Made by a program: the position numbers and the translations under genes | Shown here: positions 62,745-64,000 of the stretch, piece by piece | How positions within the stretch are numbered: the first letter of the stretch is position 1 | How the letters are laid out: each line of letters starts with the position of its first letter | DNA from: Octopus sinensis | Lineage: Eukaryota | Assembly (NCBI RefSeq): GCF_006345805.1 | Contig: NC_043005.1 | Span: forward strand, 23,684,001-23,748,000 | Direction: 5' to 3' | DNA: 64,000 nt | The notes under the pieces: generated by a model | Told to the model about the DNA's origin: nothing | Seen by the model: only the letters and a program-made list of their open reading frames with translations | The model's database searches: none

Positions 62745-64000
62745 TGACTCACCTGAACAACACCCATATGGACGCAGAGGTGAAAATAAAAGATTTCACC
62801 ATTGTTCGTGCGGATCGCACAGACCGAAATAAGGGAGGGACAGCCATCTTTATCCATGACTCCTTTTCACTTGATGCCAAGGACACATTTTCCAATACCT
62901 ACTGTGAATCGGTATCAGTATACAACAAAGCCAAGGACATAACCATTGTTGGTCTTTACAGGCCTCCCCAGGCACCTCTAAAGTACTTTGAAGAGTGCCT
63001 TAGCAAAGTCAAGTCCTTCCTTCGGAAGTACCACTCCGGAAACATAATAGTGATGGGTGATTTTAACCTCCCTCATGTGAACTGGCCCACAAATACTCCG
63101 AAGTTGGGCAAGTGCTCTACATCAGATAGGGCAGCAGCAGAACTGCTCTTTAATCTGATGGATGAGTATTTCCTGACTCAGCTAGTGCTTGAACCAACGA
63201 GACAGAATAAAACGATCTTGGATCTGGTACTGACCAATCACTCTAGCTACGTTCACAGCATTTCAGTCGAAAAAAACTCTCCTCTCAGACCACGACATGG
63301 TACTCTGCAATCTTAATTCCCGACGTATAAAAACCAAACCAGCCAATCCCACTCCATGGCACCCATTTGACAACATAAATTTCCACAAAGCGGACTGGGG
63401 AACAATCAGAAAGGATCTGTCTTCCATCGACTGGTCTTTTACTCTCAATTCCCCTCATATTGAGACCGCGTGGCAGCACTTTGAAACCATTGTCACCGAC
63501 ACATGCTCTAAACACGCTCCCAAGAAATCTACTAACACAAACAGAAAACCGGCTCCCTAAAAAGAAAAAAACACTCATCAGGCGCATCAAAAGACTCAAC
63601 AAAAAAATCAACCAATTAAAATATTCCCACACGCAACATCCACATTCAACAACAATGAAAAGACTGGAGCTGGAAAAACTTCATCTGCAGACTAACATGA
63701 AACCTCCATTGAAAATCAAAGAGCTGTGGAGGAACAATGGGTAATCAAAAACATCAAACAGAACCCAAAAGTGTTCTATTCTTATGCAAATAAGCATAGA
63801 ACCACTGTCTCACCTATTGGGCCATTGATTGATGAAAACGGCATTCCCCAACACGATGCTAAAGAAATGGCAGAAATACTGCAGAAACAATATTGCTCTG
63901 TCTTCAGTGTTCCCACTGATATTGATGTGAGGGAAACGAACGAAGCTGACTCCCAACACAAAATCGCAGACATAACCTTCACTGCCACCGACATCGTAGC
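62745..64000 (+). mobile_element. Second copy of the young CR1-clade LINE, next to (TA)n, running off the window
   Basis: From ~62956 near-identical to 51668 onward; extends further 5' into the APE domain (RADR...GGTAIFI); single-base frameshifts near 63275, 63548 and 63700. Confidence 0.96.

Overview
AT-rich, microsatellite-saturated animal genomic DNA. The SINE families and repeat landscape point to an octopus/coleoid cephalopod (inference, not a database result). The only host-gene signal is a + strand set of scavenger-receptor cysteine-rich (SRCR) exons (3416-3551, 6649-6821, 28402-28449, 29378-29525, 35533-35692, plus candidate exons 14281-14530 and 21945-22013); the ORF track catches only parts of them. 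They may form two tandem single-SRCR genes, possibly joined on one transcript. The rest is mobile DNA: CR1-like, Tx1/L1-like and R4/Dong-like (RLE) LINEs, Penelope-like elements (PLEs), two mariners, a decayed hAT, MITEs and three SINE families. Three unusual patterns stand out. (1) Two diverged copies of a ~1.9 kb element encoding only an ORF1-like protein (no RT) sit at the same position of the tRNA-like head of the dominant SINE, one with an imperfect ~16 bp target-site duplication: a candidate site-specific 'half-LINE' parasite of a SINE. (2) Many short fold-back, PLE-like mini-elements lie in or beside (TA)n/AT-rich tracts, several with intact or decayed minimal hammerhead-ribozyme motifs. 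(3) Four near-perfect 142-208 bp local copies of neighbouring decayed sequence, with microhomology junctions, suggest templated insertions (or assembly chimeras). Most long ORFs in the track are microsatellite artefacts.
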